A DNA stretch of 64,000 nt, taken from NCBI GenBank assembly GCA_040755995.1, contig JBFMAF010000023.1, forward strand, positions 1 to 64,000. Reading direction: 5' to 3'. The stretch comes from Acidobacteriota bacterium. Its GTDB lineage: Bacteria > Acidobacteriota > CAIWXX01. Below are positions 19,537-30,883 of the stretch, in pieces. The first letter of the stretch is position 1. Every line of letters starts with the position of its first letter. Both the position numbers and the translations under genes were made by a program. The notes below the pieces were generated by a model that was given only the letters and a program-made list of their open reading frames with translations, was not told the DNA's origin and did no database searches.

Positions 19537-20822
19537 TGGGACCCTCCTTTCCTGCCTGTCGCCCCCCAGCGCTTCACGAAGTCAGGTTTCAGACGGGCGA
19601 AGCTGCTGCAAAGCTTCTCCCAGCACTGCTCCACATCCTCCGCCGCGCTCTCCATGTACCGCGACACGACATGCGCCACGCGGCCAAGGTAGAGCGGCGT
19701 CAGGGACTTGAGCAGGTGCGTGCGAGGCAGCTGTCTGCGGTGACAGGCGAGCGCAAACGCGTACACGATCTCACTCCACAGTTCTTCATCCAACTCTGCC
19801 GTGATCCCTCCAGCCGAGGCGCGTGCCCGGAGACGGCTCCACACGCCCGCCTCGCCCATGACCTGCTCGTAGAGGGGAGCCAGGTCGCGGAGACCGATCT
19901 CGACGGCCCGCTTCATCCGGTCGAGGTTGGGTTGCATAGGATCGGTGGTGGCGTAGAACGGGAAGCCGAACATCGGGACAGTCTCGACAGCCACGTCGCC
20001 TGTCCAGACTGCATCGTATCTCTCCATCAGCTCGAACACCGATCCGACTACCTGCACCAGCATCTCACTCAGGTCGGCGCCGGGATCCTTCGGATCGTGT
20101 ATCTTGGCGCCGAGGTACGACTGGCAGACACGGTAGCCTTCGGCCAGCGCCACGCTCGTCATCCAGATGTCGATGCCGAACCGGGCGACATCGCTCTCCC
20201 ATACATCCTTGCCGAGATAGCAGCGCGCCAGCCGTGTCGAGAAACCGAAATCCCCCCCGATGGGCTGACGGATGGCGCGGCCGTACAACGCCCGCGTCAG
20301 CGGATAGACGATGTTGTTTGTGATCGTGCCGTCGAACTTGTGGCGGAGGTAGTAGGGCGCCACATAGTCGAAGTTCTGCTCGAGCACCGGTCCGACCAGC
20401 AGCTCGATCCACTCCGGCGTGATGCTGCGCAGGTCCGAGTCAACGACGGCGCACGCTTTGGCATCCAGATCGCTCGCGATCTGGAAGATCGTCCGGAGGG
20501 CGCTGCCCTTTCCGGGAAGCCCGTGGTACGGAGTGCTGATGCGGTGAACCGGGTGAACCGGATGTCGAGCCAGCAGCAGAGTCTGCTCATCCACCGCTGC
20601 CTGCATGACGGTTTCCCGTGTGCCATCCTTCGATCCGCCATCACTATTCGCCACGACCGCCTTGCGGTCCGGGAAGTACTTCTTGAGGCCGGCCATAACC
20701 GCCCGGATCACGTGTCCTATGGTCTTACTGTTATTGTAGCTGGGGATGCCGACCACGATCTCCGCGGACTTGATCGCGGCGAGCTCCCGCTTCAGAGCGG
20801 GATCCAATTCAACGGGTCTCAT
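19533..20822 (-). CDS. GT-A glycosyltransferase, glucosylglycerate synthase (Ggs)-like
   Basis: VVGIPSYNN, NSDGGSKDGT, PGKGSA, VDSDLRSI, RHKFDGTITN, RQPIGGDF, FGIDIW, KIHDPKD; context next to gpgS/gpgP. Confidence 0.75.
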   Translation of the reverse strand: MRPVELDPALKRELAAIKSAEIVVGIPSYNNSKTIGHVIRAVMAGLKKYFPDRKAVVANSDGGSKDGTRETVMQAAVDEQTLLLARHPVHPVHRISTPYHGLPGKGSALRTIFQIASDLDAKACAVVDSDLRSITPEWIELLVGPVLEQNFDYVAPYYLRHKFDGTITNNIVYPLTRALYGRAIRQPIGGDFGFSTRLARCYLGKDVWESDVARFGIDIWMTSVALAEGYRVCQSYLGAKIHDPKDPGADLSEMLVQVVGSVFELMERYDAVWTGDVAVETVPMFGFPFYATTDPMQPNLDRMKRAVEIGLRDLAPLYEQVMGEAGVWSRLRARASAGGITAELDEELWSEIVYAFALACHRRQLPRTHLLKSLTPLYLGRVAHVVSRYMESAAEDVEQCWEKLCSSFARLKPDFVKRWGATGRKGGSQ

Positions 20823-21696
20823 CGTGGCACTCCGATCCGCCTGATCGAAGCCCGTCGGTCAGGCGCAGCCGGACACCCGGCAGGACGATGGGGAGGACGG
20901 TCGCCCACCCCAGTGGTGCGGCCGCCGCGGCCCGGCGGGCCTTTGGGAGAGCGACCGAGATGCTGCGGTCATAGCCGCCGTCAGGGCCGCGGATCAGAAT
21001 CGGCACGTCCACCGACTTGAGCATGGGCAGGTCGTTCAGGCTGTCGCCGAGACCGGCGAAGCGGACGCGCGGCCAGAGGCGCCGATAGAATGCCTTCAGG
21101 ATCTCGACCGCGCGTCCCTTGTCCGCGACCCCCTTGGCGTGGTAGAAGCGGTTGCCGCGCGTTACTCGCAGGCCCGGCCACCGGCGGAGCTCCTTCAGAA
21201 ACGCATCTTGTTTCGATGGTGACTCGGTCACGAACCAGAACGGCTCATCGAACTCCCTGGCCTTGGCGAGCCGCGCCTTCGCGCGCGGCAATCCGGTGAC
21301 GCGGCTGATCTCCCCCGGGCCAAGCCTCCCGAACCGTCCGATCCTGCAACGCGTCTCGGCCTCCGCCGTGTCGAGGGCCTTGACGAGGGTGCGGTACGAG
21401 AGGCCCTGTTCAATCGCAACGTAGGCCCCGCGTGCCACTGCGCCTTCCAGCGGAAAACGAAAGCAGCCCTTCGGAACGTAGACTGCGCCGCCGTTCTCCA
21501 CGATGAACGGGTCGCGGATACCGAGGTCCTCTCGCAGCTCTTCGACCTCGGCACGCGTCTTGCTGGTGCAGAACACGATGGGGATGCGCCGGCGCTGGAG
21601 GGCACGCACGGCCGGGCGGAGCGGCGTGTAGTCGTAGTCCCGGACACCGAGGAAGGTCCCATCGAGATCCGTGAATATCACCCACCGCTGGCTCAT
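20809..21696 (-). CDS. gpgP: Glucosyl/mannosyl-3-phosphoglycerate phosphatase (HAD IIB)
   Basis: FTDLDGT, CTSKTRAE, ENGG, REFDEPF, DKG, GLGDSLNDLPML. Confidence 0.8.
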   Translation of the reverse strand: MSQRWVIFTDLDGTFLGVRDYDYTPLRPAVRALQRRRIPIVFCTSKTRAEVEELREDLGIRDPFIVENGGAVYVPKGCFRFPLEGAVARGAYVAIEQGLSYRTLVKALDTAEAETRCRIGRFGRLGPGEISRVTGLPRAKARLAKAREFDEPFWFVTESPSKQDAFLKELRRWPGLRVTRGNRFYHAKGVADKGRAVEILKAFYRRLWPRVRFAGLGDSLNDLPMLKSVDVPILIRGPDGGYDRSISVALPKARRAAAAAPLGWATVLPIVLPGVRLRLTDGLRSGGSECHDETR

Positions 21697-21752
21697 GGCG
21701 CCACCCTTCATCGAGGCATCTATACAGCGCGTCATGCACAGCTCCGACTGGT

Positions 21753-23012
21753 TCAACCTGTTGTTGACTCATGAGGCGCTGTACAGGCGGCATCCACAAC
21801 GGGTCTGGTGGAGTCGAGGTCGACGGCCTCTTCGAGCCTGTCGAGGAAGTCGGGCATTGCCGCCGTGATCCGGTTCCAGTTAGGGATCAACGGCGTGCCC
21901 AAGGGATCCTCGATGAACGACTCGGACGCGATCCGTATCGCGTCTGCGAACGTTTCGACCGCGGTCTCTTCCTCATGCCGGTCGAAATCGAGGCCGTCGA
22001 TCATGGCATCCGCGTGATAGCGTGTGATCGTGTCTTCGGCCGTTCGGATGTACTTGACGAGGACCGTGCGAAACACGCCCGTGCTGAAGACCACTCCCTC
22101 GGCCGTGAGCGTTCGAAACAGGTTTCTGGCGATGTCGACCGCCATCTTCTTGAGGCCCTTTGACGGGTCGTCCGCGGAGAGTGTCTGGTGCTTGTGCTCG
22201 TAGTTCTCGCAGAGCTCCGCCTGGCAGATCCTCTTGAGGGCGCAGTTCCGGTAGATTTCGGCCAGCACGCCGACCTCCAAGCCCCAGTCCGGAGGGACTC
22301 GATTCAGGCGGGCCAGGTCGGCGCTCATGGAGAATTCGCCGGCCAAGGCATAGCGGAAGCTGTCCAGGTAAACCAGAATCGGCAGGAACCCGAGAATCCC
22401 CTGGAGGGTCCTGATCAGAGGCGTCATGAACAGCCGCGTCACGCGGCCGTGCATTCGACTGGTCACCCGCGCGTAGTATCCTTTGCAGAAATCAAAGTTG
22501 ATTTCTGGGCTGGCCACCGGATAGCACAATCGCGCAAGGAGCTCGCGGTCATAAGTGAGAATGTCACAATCGTGCAGGGCTATGAATTCGCTCTTCTCGC
22601 TGGCCAGCACGTAGCCATAGGCCATCCAACAAGAGCGGCCCTTCCCATCCCCGCCAACGGGGAGTTCCTTGGCCCGGAGTTCCTCATAGAGTTTCTGGAT
22701 TCTGGGACCGCTGTTCCAGATGAAGCGAGTTTCGCAGTTCATCTCGGAAAAGAATCGCTTCGCCAGCTCGAATTGCTCAGGGCTCGTCTGTCCCAGCGTC
22801 ACGACGATCTGGTCGAGATACTCGACCTTCTCGAGCTCCTGGATGATTCTCGGAAAGGCAGGCCCTTCGAATTCCGCATAGAGTGCGGGCAAGACCAGCG
22901 CGATGCCGCGCTGGTCACGCATGAGCAGCAGCCGTCTTTCCAGGTGTTCGTACTCGCCGGGCCTCAACCTGTGCAACGTGGCGACGGCACCGGTCTGATA
23001 GAAGTCCGCCAT
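21753..23012 (-). CDS. gpgS: Glucosyl-3-phosphoglycerate synthase
   Basis: MADFYQTGAVATLH, GKGRSCW, HDCDI, FCKGYYAR, GRVTRL, YALAGEF, DWGLEVG, YEHKHQ. Confidence 0.8.
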   Translation of the reverse strand: MADFYQTGAVATLHRLRPGEYEHLERRLLLMRDQRGIALVLPALYAEFEGPAFPRIIQELEKVEYLDQIVVTLGQTSPEQFELAKRFFSEMNCETRFIWNSGPRIQKLYEELRAKELPVGGDGKGRSCWMAYGYVLASEKSEFIALHDCDILTYDRELLARLCYPVASPEINFDFCKGYYARVTSRMHGRVTRLFMTPLIRTLQGILGFLPILVYLDSFRYALAGEFSMSADLARLNRVPPDWGLEVGVLAEIYRNCALKRICQAELCENYEHKHQTLSADDPSKGLKKMAVDIARNLFRTLTAEGVVFSTGVFRTVLVKYIRTAEDTITRYHADAMIDGLDFDRHEEETAVETFADAIRIASESFIEDPLGTPLIPNWNRITAAMPDFLDRLEEAVDLDSTRPVVDAACTAPHESTTG

Positions 23013-23149
23013 GGCTCACCTCCTTGTCGCTGACGGTTCACTGGTGCACGCCCGCCTTCCCCGAAGGCATCGACTCCAGGTGCCGCACGTCGTCCGCGCA
23101 CTCGCCCCGCGGCTTCCGGACTGCGCAGTCCAGCAGGCGAAACACGTGT

Positions 23150-25336
23150 TCATGAATGCTTCCATGGGGCCTCGTCACATGGTGAATGCATTCTAGCAGG
23201 AAAGTGGCTAGGTGGAGCCTGGATTCGACGCAGCAGGACCAACGAATGTCCATGGAGCTCGTGGAAGCCCTTGCATGCGAACGAAGGGCATGCAGGAGTT
23301 GCGGCTGCCGTGTCGACGAGGATTTCCCACTCCCAGTCCCGGCATGCCGGGGGCAACTGGAATCGAACGCGATCGTCGTCTGCGTTCAGAAGCAGTGCCA
23401 GGGTGTCTCCTGTCACACGCTCCCCATTTCGATCGGTCTCGTCCATGGCATCGCCGACGAAGACTGCCCCCAGACAGCGAATGAAGTCCGTGTTCCAGGA
23501 CGCCTCGGTCATCTCCGCCCCGGCAGTATCAAACCAGAGGATGTCCTTTCCGAAGGGGCCCGAGGTCACTTCTCCACGGAAGAACTTGCGTCGTCGAAGC
23601 ACCGGCTGGTCGCCGCGAATTCTCATCACCTGCCGGACGAAATCGAGGAATTCTGTCTTGCGGGGGTCAGGCGTCCAGTCCAACCAAGAGAGCGGAGAGT
23701 CCTGGCAGTAGGCATTGTTGTTGCCCCCCTGCGTCCGTCCGATCTCGTCGCCGCCACAAAGCATGGGGACACCTTGCGAGAACAGCAGAGTCGCCAGGAA
23801 GCTGCGCTTCTGCCTCTCCCGCACACCACGAACGCCCTCCTCGGAGGTGGGACCTTCCACTCCACAGTTCCAGCTCAGGTTCTCGTCCTCGCCGTCCTTG
23901 TTGCCCTCACCGTTCTCCTCATTGTGTTTCTGGTTGTAGCTGACCAGATCCTGAAGCGTGAAGCCGTCGTGAGACGTGATGAAATTTATGCTGGCGAAAG
24001 GACGGCGCCCGCTCTGCTCGTACAGGTCGCTGCTTCCCGTGAGGCGACTGGCGAGCTCCCGCACCATCCCCGGATCGCCCCTCCAGAACCGCCGGGCCGC
24101 ATCACGGTACTTCGCGTTCCATTCCGTCCATCCTACGGGGAAGTTGCCGACCTGATACCCTCCTTCGCCCAGATCCCATGGCTCGGCGATGAGCTTCGTC
24201 TGGGAGAGCACTGGATCCTGAAGGATCACGTCGAAGAACGCACTCAGCCTGTCGACCTCGTAGAGCTCACGCGCCAGCGTACTCGCGAGGTCGAAACGAA
24301 ACCCGTCCACGTGCATCTCCAAGACCCAGTAGCGGAGGCTGTCCATGATCATCTGAAGGACGCTCGGGTGCCTCATGTTCAGGCTGTTCCCGCACCCTGT
24401 GAAGTCCATGTAGAAGCGCGGATTCTCCGGGACCAGACGGTAGTAGGCTGCGTTGTCTATGCCGCGGAACGAAAGGGTCGGACCCAGGTGATTCCCTTCG
24501 GCGGTGTGGTTGTACACTACGTCCAGAATGACTTCAAGACCTGCAGCATGCAGCGCTCGCACCATCCTCTTGAATTCCCTGACGGACTCCTCTGGATTTG
24601 GCGTAGTGGCGTATCGGATATCCGGGGCGAAGTAGGCCAGCGTGTTGTAGCCCCAGTAGTTGCTCAGCCCGCGGTCCACCAGATGGCGGTCGTCGACGTG
24701 GTGGTGCACCGGCATCAGCTCGACCGCAGTCACGCCGAGCTCCTTCAAGTGCCGGATGGCCGCCTCGCTGGCCAGGCCGGAGTAGGTTCCCCGCAAGCGC
24801 TCCCGCACACCGAGATGCTGGCGCGTGAATCCGTTCACATGCAGTTCGTAGATCACGGTGCGATGCCACGGAGTCGACGGCGGCCGGTCGTCTCCCCACG
24901 TGAACGCCTGATCGATGACCGCTGCCAGAGGCGCGAATGCAGCGTTGTCCCGCTCATCGTAAGAGAGATCCTCCGCGGGATCAGCGATTCGGTAGCCAAA
25001 CATCGCGTCATTCCATCGCACGCGCCGCCCGATGGCCTTCGCATAAGGGTCGATCAGCAACTTGTTGGGATTGAAACGATGTCCCGCCTGCGGGTCGTAC
25101 AGACCCTGGACGCGGTAGCCGTACAGCTGCCCGGGCAAGAGGTCGGGCAGGTAACCGTGCCAGATCAGGTGAGTCTGCTCTGGGAGCGGGATCCGATGGG
25201 ATTCGGTGGGCGAGTGGAGAGAGTCGAAGAGACACAGTTCGACCTGAGTGGCATTCTCGGAGAAGATGGCGAAGTTGACGCCGGCTCCATCCCACGTGGC
25301 GCCGAGCGGATAGGGCTGGCCCGGCTTAATCCTCAT
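23150..25336 (-). CDS. glgX: Glycogen debranching enzyme GlgX/TreX
   Basis: [54 protein letters not shown]. Confidence 0.95.
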   Translation of the reverse strand: MRIKPGQPYPLGATWDGAGVNFAIFSENATQVELCLFDSLHSPTESHRIPLPEQTHLIWHGYLPDLLPGQLYGYRVQGLYDPQAGHRFNPNKLLIDPYAKAIGRRVRWNDAMFGYRIADPAEDLSYDERDNAAFAPLAAVIDQAFTWGDDRPPSTPWHRTVIYELHVNGFTRQHLGVRERLRGTYSGLASEAAIRHLKELGVTAVELMPVHHHVDDRHLVDRGLSNYWGYNTLAYFAPDIRYATTPNPEESVREFKRMVRALHAAGLEVILDVVYNHTAEGNHLGPTLSFRGIDNAAYYRLVPENPRFYMDFTGCGNSLNMRHPSVLQMIMDSLRYWVLEMHVDGFRFDLASTLARELYEVDRLSAFFDVILQDPVLSQTKLIAEPWDLGEGGYQVGNFPVGWTEWNAKYRDAARRFWRGDPGMVRELASRLTGSSDLYEQSGRRPFASINFITSHDGFTLQDLVSYNQKHNEENGEGNKDGEDENLSWNCGVEGPTSEEGVRGVRERQKRSFLATLLFSQGVPMLCGGDEIGRTQGGNNNAYCQDSPLSWLDWTPDPRKTEFLDFVRQVMRIRGDQPVLRRRKFFRGEVTSGPFGKDILWFDTAGAEMTEASWNTDFIRCLGAVFVGDAMDETDRNGERVTGDTLALLLNADDDRVRFQLPPACRDWEWEILVDTAAATPACPSFACKGFHELHGHSLVLLRRIQAPPSHFPARMHSPCDEAPWKHS

Positions 25337-25343
25337 GGTCCCC

Positions 25344-28298
25344 TCACTCATCAGGGTCCGCCTCGCCAGCCCGCGAGCCGCCCACGCTGCTGTTGCCATG
25401 GAGTAGAGCAACAGGGAAGCGTCTCAGGACGGTGTGAAGGGTGAGAACCGGTCCCGTAGACCCGGACGCCTGGCTGATCGCTTCTCCGGTGAGCGCGTTC
25501 TTCCAGTGCAGCGGCGCCTCTGGAGGGAGAAGTAGCGCAGTCTCGCCCCAGACATCGCGACCGAGAGGCGCCTGGGCGCGCTCCAGGCGCTTCGCCATGA
25601 ACCGAGGCACTACGACCACTGCCCAGTCCGTGCCATGTTCGCGGCCAAATGCCAGCACATGGGCTTTCAACTCCCCGGCGGCCTGCAGGGGTACGTATGC
25701 CCCATGAAGGAAGAGCTCTGGATGGATGCCCCGGAGGCCCAACGCGCGACGTATCACATGGAGCTTGATCCGCCCGTCCTTCCAGTAGTAGAGGAGGCCT
25801 TTCGCCAGCGGGATCAGCCCCCGGTGTTCCTGTTTCTGCAGCGAGCGCACAATGGATTCACGCCTCAAGAAGTCCACCGGCCCGCGGTTGTCGGGGTCAA
25901 CCAGTCTGAAGTCCCAGAGTTCTTCACCCTGGTAGAAGTCGGGCACACCGGGCGCCACGATCTTGACGAGGGTCTGAGAGATCGAGTTGATCATCCCGAA
26001 ATAGCCGATCTTCTCGCAGAAGTACTCCATGTCTGGTAGAAAGAGATTCTCGGGCTCCGGAGCCAGTATCTGTCTTGTGAACCGTGAGACGGCCTCCTCG
26101 TAAGCGCGATTCGGATTGAGCCAGCTCGTGTGAACCTTCGCCTCCCTGAGGGCCTTCTCGACGTAGCCTGTAATCCTCTGAACCAGCACCTGCCGCTCTC
26201 CATCGTCCGGCCGTTCGAGTGGCCACACACCGACCAGGGTCTGGTAGAGGAGGTACTCCTCGTTGCGATCGGGGACCTCACTCGCACCGGCTCTGGATTT
26301 CCACTTGGCATTGTGATTGGACCAGCGATTGAGCGCGGCATCCCAATCAGCCGGCATCTCGGAAAGCACGTTGACACGTGCGCGAACATCCCCGCTTCTC
26401 TTGGCATCGTGGGTGGAGGTCGCCGACAGGGCGTGAGGCTGTTCCCTCATTCGCTCCACCATCCTCCCGTGGAACTCCGCCACGCTCACGCCGAACGGCT
26501 CAGGGCTGCCGCCGACCTCGTTGAGCGAGGCGAGCGGGTAGTAGCGATAGAACGCCGTGTCCTCGATCCCCTTCGCCATGACAGGCGGCGTGAGCTGCTG
26601 AAACCTCAGGACGAACGCCTGGCGATCTTGCCGAGCCGCCTCGGTCAGGTCGTCGGGGTAGTCGAGCAACAGCACCGAGGCAATGAAGTCAAAGATGGAT
26701 TCGTCCGTGGCGGGGTTCCTGGCCTTTGCTGCCTGGACCGCATCCATCACGCACCGCCGCTCCTGTTCCTCCGCGCTCTTCGACCCTGGGCGCACGTAGG
26801 TCCGATACACCGAGAAACACGCGATGACCTCACGCAGCGCGGCGTGCAGGCTCGATTGCGTGAAATCACGAGACCATCGGTGCTGCTCGGAGATGGCGTC
26901 CAGACGCCGGCTCAGCGCGTACAGCTCGCTTGACATCATCGAGTCGAGCACGACCTGCTTGCTTCGGTAGCCGATGTCGGCGAACGACATCGTCTGGTTC
27001 GTGTATCGAGAGTATAGATCGTGAACGGCGCGCTCGGCGCCGCGGTCGATGAAAAGACCGTTCAGCCTGTTGAGGAAGTCATACCCCGTCGTTCCGCTCA
27101 CGGCCCACCTGGGCGGGAGTCGTTCTGGAGGATTGAGTATCTTCTCAACCAACAGGTAGCAGGGCCAGGCGTCGGAAGGGGGCGCCTTGGGAGGGGGTAC
27201 AGCGTCGGCATCCTCGGAAACTCGCCGGAACAGACGATGCAGATCGAGGAAGTACTGTTCTGGGTCCAGAAGCCCGTCGGGGTGATCGATCCGTAATCCC
27301 GGGAAGCAAGCCTGCAAAGCCGGCAGTTTCAGTATGCTGTGAACGGTCTCGAACACCTCCGGATCTTCGACTCGGATCGCAGCGAGATCATTGATGTCGA
27401 AAAACCTGCGATAGTTGATCTCATCGGCAGCGACTCTCCAGTAGCAAAGTCGATACCCCTGATCGGCGAGGAACGCTTCGAGTCGATCGAAACTGCGCGG
27501 ATCACCGGAACGGCCGTTCATTTCCTCAAGCTCTTCGAACAGTGCCGTGCGGACCTCGCTGGAGCTCTCGACCAGGGTTGCCAGACGCCGGCCGGCCACC
27601 CCCTTCTCCCGCATGCGCTCCTGCACCTTCTCGGGTTCCGTCTGGGTCCTCGGAGGCAGGTACTGCAGCGAGGTGATGATGCTCTCCAACTCGACCATCG
27701 CCGGCAACGCAGGGTCGACGGCCCTCCTCGCTCGATCGAGCGCAGGAGCGAGCACCATTCCCCAGCTCCTCGGTGCCACGGGAAACCGCATGTCCCCGTA
27801 ATACACCCAGAACGAGCCTCCTTCGTAACCAAGGCGAAGCTCACCCCTCTCGAGAACCCTTCCATACTGTTCGCCAAGGATTGGCAGCAGGATCTTGTTC
27901 GCCAGCTCCTGCTTGGAGGGAGACCAGTCGATGTCGAAGAAGCGTGCGTAGGGTGACGATGGTCCGTTCTCCAGCACGTCGCGCCATCGCCAGTTCGTCT
28001 CATCCACCGACGTGTGATTGGGTACGATGTCCAGAAGAAGCCCCATTCTGCGATCCGTCAGGAGATCCACGAGAGCCACAAGATCCTCCTCGGTGCCCAG
28101 CTCGGGGTTGATGACGGCGTGGTCGGTGACGTCGTATCCATGCAGACTCCCAGGGCGTGCCTTGAAAATCGGGGAGAGATAGACATGGCTGATGCCCAGC
28201 TCCTGGCAATAGGGCACCACCCGGGCCACATCGCGCAGGCCGAATCGCGGCGTCAATTGCACACGGTAGGTTGCCAGAGGGACGTCGGCATGCATCAT
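25344..28298 (-). CDS. treY: Malto-oligosyltrehalose synthase
   Basis: [68 protein letters not shown]. Confidence 0.95.
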   Translation of the reverse strand: MMHADVPLATYRVQLTPRFGLRDVARVVPYCQELGISHVYLSPIFKARPGSLHGYDVTDHAVINPELGTEEDLVALVDLLTDRRMGLLLDIVPNHTSVDETNWRWRDVLENGPSSPYARFFDIDWSPSKQELANKILLPILGEQYGRVLERGELRLGYEGGSFWVYYGDMRFPVAPRSWGMVLAPALDRARRAVDPALPAMVELESIITSLQYLPPRTQTEPEKVQERMREKGVAGRRLATLVESSSEVRTALFEELEEMNGRSGDPRSFDRLEAFLADQGYRLCYWRVAADEINYRRFFDINDLAAIRVEDPEVFETVHSILKLPALQACFPGLRIDHPDGLLDPEQYFLDLHRLFRRVSEDADAVPPPKAPPSDAWPCYLLVEKILNPPERLPPRWAVSGTTGYDFLNRLNGLFIDRGAERAVHDLYSRYTNQTMSFADIGYRSKQVVLDSMMSSELYALSRRLDAISEQHRWSRDFTQSSLHAALREVIACFSVYRTYVRPGSKSAEEQERRCVMDAVQAAKARNPATDESIFDFIASVLLLDYPDDLTEAARQDRQAFVLRFQQLTPPVMAKGIEDTAFYRYYPLASLNEVGGSPEPFGVSVAEFHGRMVERMREQPHALSATSTHDAKRSGDVRARVNVLSEMPADWDAALNRWSNHNAKWKSRAGASEVPDRNEEYLLYQTLVGVWPLERPDDGERQVLVQRITGYVEKALREAKVHTSWLNPNRAYEEAVSRFTRQILAPEPENLFLPDMEYFCEKIGYFGMINSISQTLVKIVAPGVPDFYQGEELWDFRLVDPDNRGPVDFLRRESIVRSLQKQEHRGLIPLAKGLLYYWKDGRIKLHVIRRALGLRGIHPELFLHGAYVPLQAAGELKAHVLAFGREHGTDWAVVVVPRFMAKRLERAQAPLGRDVWGETALLLPPEAPLHWKNALTGEAISQASGSTGPVLTLHTVLRRFPVALLHGNSSVGGSRAGEADPDE

Positions 28299-30172
28299 GG
28301 GTTCTCTCCTCCTCTCGTCCGGCCAAGGCCGACGGCGGGCGCCCGGTCGAATAGCACGCATGAGAACCGGGACAGCTCGATGGTCAGAGTCCCCTCGGAG
28401 GATACGATACGTGCCGGGACCCTGCTACCCCCGCCATGCCAGCGCGGTTCGCTTGAATCCAACAGCTTGTCCCACACGCCGCTCGGAACTGGGACGGAGC
28501 GCTCAGCAGCGGTTGCACCGAAATGGTAGACTGCGAACACGCCCCGATCATCGGACCCTCGCGATAGCCAGAGCAGCTCGTCGGATTCGACCGCAGCCTC
28601 TACTCGGCCGCCGTTTCGAGACCCGATCGCCGTGTGTTCGCGTCGTATCCGAAGCAACTCCCGATAGAATGCGCGCAGAGCTCCGTGGACGGGCTCAGGC
28701 CGCACATGGTGTTTGAGTTTCGACTCGAGGTAGGTGGACAGATCCGCCGGGTCCGGGATCGCTTCGTTCCAGCCGAACGATGCGAACTCCTTTTGGCGTC
28801 CGCGGCGCACTTCTTCTATCAGTTGAGGATCTCCGTGACTGACGAAATACTGAAAAGGTGCCGTCTCGCCGTATTCCTCTCCCATGAACAGTAGCGGGAT
28901 GTAAGGGCTGAGAATGATGAACGCAGCTCCGAGCTTGAGCTGTTCGATGTCGAGCTGCCGGCTGAGGCGGTCGCCACGTGCCCGATTGCCTATCTGATCG
29001 TGGTTCTGCAGGAAGACGACAAGACGCCGCTTGTCGACGTCCCGCAAAGGGGCGCCATGCCGGCGCCGGCGATAGCAGGAGTACTCGCCTGTGAAGATGA
29101 ATCCCTCACTCAATCCCTTGGCAAGCTGTTCCAGCCGGCCGAAGTCCTGGTAGTAGCCTCCTCTCTCCCCGGTCAACACGGTGTGGATAGCATGATGGAA
29201 GTCGTCATTCCACTGAGCATCGAACCCGAGGCCGCCGGCGGAGGCTGGTGCGAGCACCCCGGGATCGTTCGAAGCGCTCTCCGCAATGAGAAACACTCGG
29301 CGATGCTCGTTCCTGCCGAGATCGTGGACGGCCTCGGTCAGCTCCTGCAGGAAGGGTCTTGCGCTCGCATCCACGATGCTGTGGATCGCGTCGAGCCGGA
29401 GCGCGTCGACGTGGTATTCTCGAATCCAGTAGAGGCCGTTCTCGACGAAGAAGCGTCGAACGTGGTCGCTCTCCGGGCCATCGAAGTTGAGAACGTCCCC
29501 CCAGGGCGTGCGGTGCCGTTCGGAGAAGTATGGCCCGAACTCGTGCAGGTAGTTGCCTTCCGGACCGAGGTGGTTGTACACCACGTCCAGCACGACGGCC
29601 AGGCCGCGCCGGTGACATTCATCCACAAGCCTCTTGAGCCCCGTCGGTCCCCCGTAGGAGTTCTGCACCGCAAACGGGAACACGCCGTCGTAGCCCCAGT
29701 TGCGCTCTCCCGGGAACTGGGCAACCGGCATGAGCTCGACGGCGGTGACGCCGAGCCCGGCCATGTCATCCAGGTGGGGGATGATCGCGTCGAACGTGCC
29801 TTCCGGGCTGTACGTGCCGACGTGGAGCTCGTACAGCACGTAGTCCTCGAGCGGCCTTCCGGGCCAGCCGGAATCGTGCCACCGGAACGCAGCGTGATCG
29901 ATGATCTCAGAAGGACCATCGATACCGGCGGGCTGGAAATGCGATGCAGGATCCGCCCGCTGCGAGCCTCCGTCGAGCCGGTAGCAGTAAAGAGATCCCG
30001 GGTCAGCCGAGTCGAGGGATGCATGAAAATAACCATGCTCCTGCCGGTGCATCTCCACGATACGTTCGGCCGGAGAGAGGACATGGAGCTCGACGCGGGT
30101 CCTCCGCGGCGCCCACATGAGAAACTCGCACTGGTTCACACCCAACCACGTGGCGCCCAATTGCATCTCCAT
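28295..30172 (-). CDS. treZ: Malto-oligosyltrehalose trehalohydrolase
   Basis: YELHVGT, RNWGYDG, DVVYNHLGPEGNYL, RLDAIH, QWNDDFHH, QNHDQIGNR; GAGGAG RBS before ATG 30172. Confidence 0.95.
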   Translation of the reverse strand: MEMQLGATWLGVNQCEFLMWAPRRTRVELHVLSPAERIVEMHRQEHGYFHASLDSADPGSLYCYRLDGGSQRADPASHFQPAGIDGPSEIIDHAAFRWHDSGWPGRPLEDYVLYELHVGTYSPEGTFDAIIPHLDDMAGLGVTAVELMPVAQFPGERNWGYDGVFPFAVQNSYGGPTGLKRLVDECHRRGLAVVLDVVYNHLGPEGNYLHEFGPYFSERHRTPWGDVLNFDGPESDHVRRFFVENGLYWIREYHVDALRLDAIHSIVDASARPFLQELTEAVHDLGRNEHRRVFLIAESASNDPGVLAPASAGGLGFDAQWNDDFHHAIHTVLTGERGGYYQDFGRLEQLAKGLSEGFIFTGEYSCYRRRRHGAPLRDVDKRRLVVFLQNHDQIGNRARGDRLSRQLDIEQLKLGAAFIILSPYIPLLFMGEEYGETAPFQYFVSHGDPQLIEEVRRGRQKEFASFGWNEAIPDPADLSTYLESKLKHHVRPEPVHGALRAFYRELLRIRREHTAIGSRNGGRVEAAVESDELLWLSRGSDDRGVFAVYHFGATAAERSVPVPSGVWDKLLDSSEPRWHGGGSRVPARIVSSEGTLTIELSRFSCVLFDRAPAVGLGRTRGGENP

Positions 30173-30344
30173 GGTGACAGCGCTCCTCAGCACTCCCGGT
30201 GAGCCAATTCCCCCGCCGGCTCCGCCAGACTGGAGCAGACGCATCGGTGGATCGGAGATTCCAGTTCGCGCCGGCAGAGACTGCGGTGGCCCCAGCGTGA
30301 CGCCTCGCGCGACCAACCCATCTGCCGGATCACGTCGACACTCA

Positions 30345-30379
30345 ATTCTAGCAGACCATTAGTTTGAGGTCAAACTAAT
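30345..30379 (-). promoter_or_regulatory. sigma70-like promoter of treZ operon with the same 22-bp operator over the -35
   Basis: Minus strand ATTAGT-TTGACC-TCAAACTAAT-GGTCTGC-TAGAAT: -35 30373-30368, 17-nt spacer, TGn-extended -10 30350-30345. Confidence 0.8.
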
Positions 30380-30883
30380 TTCTGAGGTTCCAAGCAACCG
30401 CGCATGTATTCGGCACGACACGATGCCTGTGGCGCTCGGGCCCGACGGCCACTCCTCATCCCGTTCCCCATCCACCTCGACATCGAGTCACCTTGCGCGA
30501 GAAAGGGCCTCCGACCGCTATGGCGGATCGGTGGCGGCGGCCGGCGCCCTTGCACCGCTCGCGCCACAACGGCTTGTATTTCCCGCTGCCTCGGTCTACC
30601 ATTGAATGCTAGTGTACGCGCTCGCCCTTTTTGCGGAGGCGATGATGAGCTTGATCGGAGGCCTTGGTGGCTGGTTCCCGAATCTCTGGAGGATGTCGTT
30701 CGTGAACTGGAGCGGCGGCGGGATTCTCCTCCGGTTCGATGCGAGGGCCTCCGCGGGGATCCAGCACCTGAAGAGCTTCCCCTGGATCAAGGACCCCCCA
30801 CGGCAGCTTCCCGTATCGATCTAGCATCTAGTAGCCCGCGTCCATCGCCCACTTCGGCTCGGCCATCTGAAAGGAGATTTGGC

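Noticed and set aside
23186..25444. Long antisense ORFs (for example 23186-25444, 874-2385, 19536-21020, 32374-34206, 59009-60283)
   Set aside because: They mirror well-supported genes on the opposite strand, as expected from GC-rich codon bias, and show no motifs
30404..30880. Possible small ORFs or gene scraps upstream of nhaB
   Set aside because: No recognisable motif or RBS in any frame
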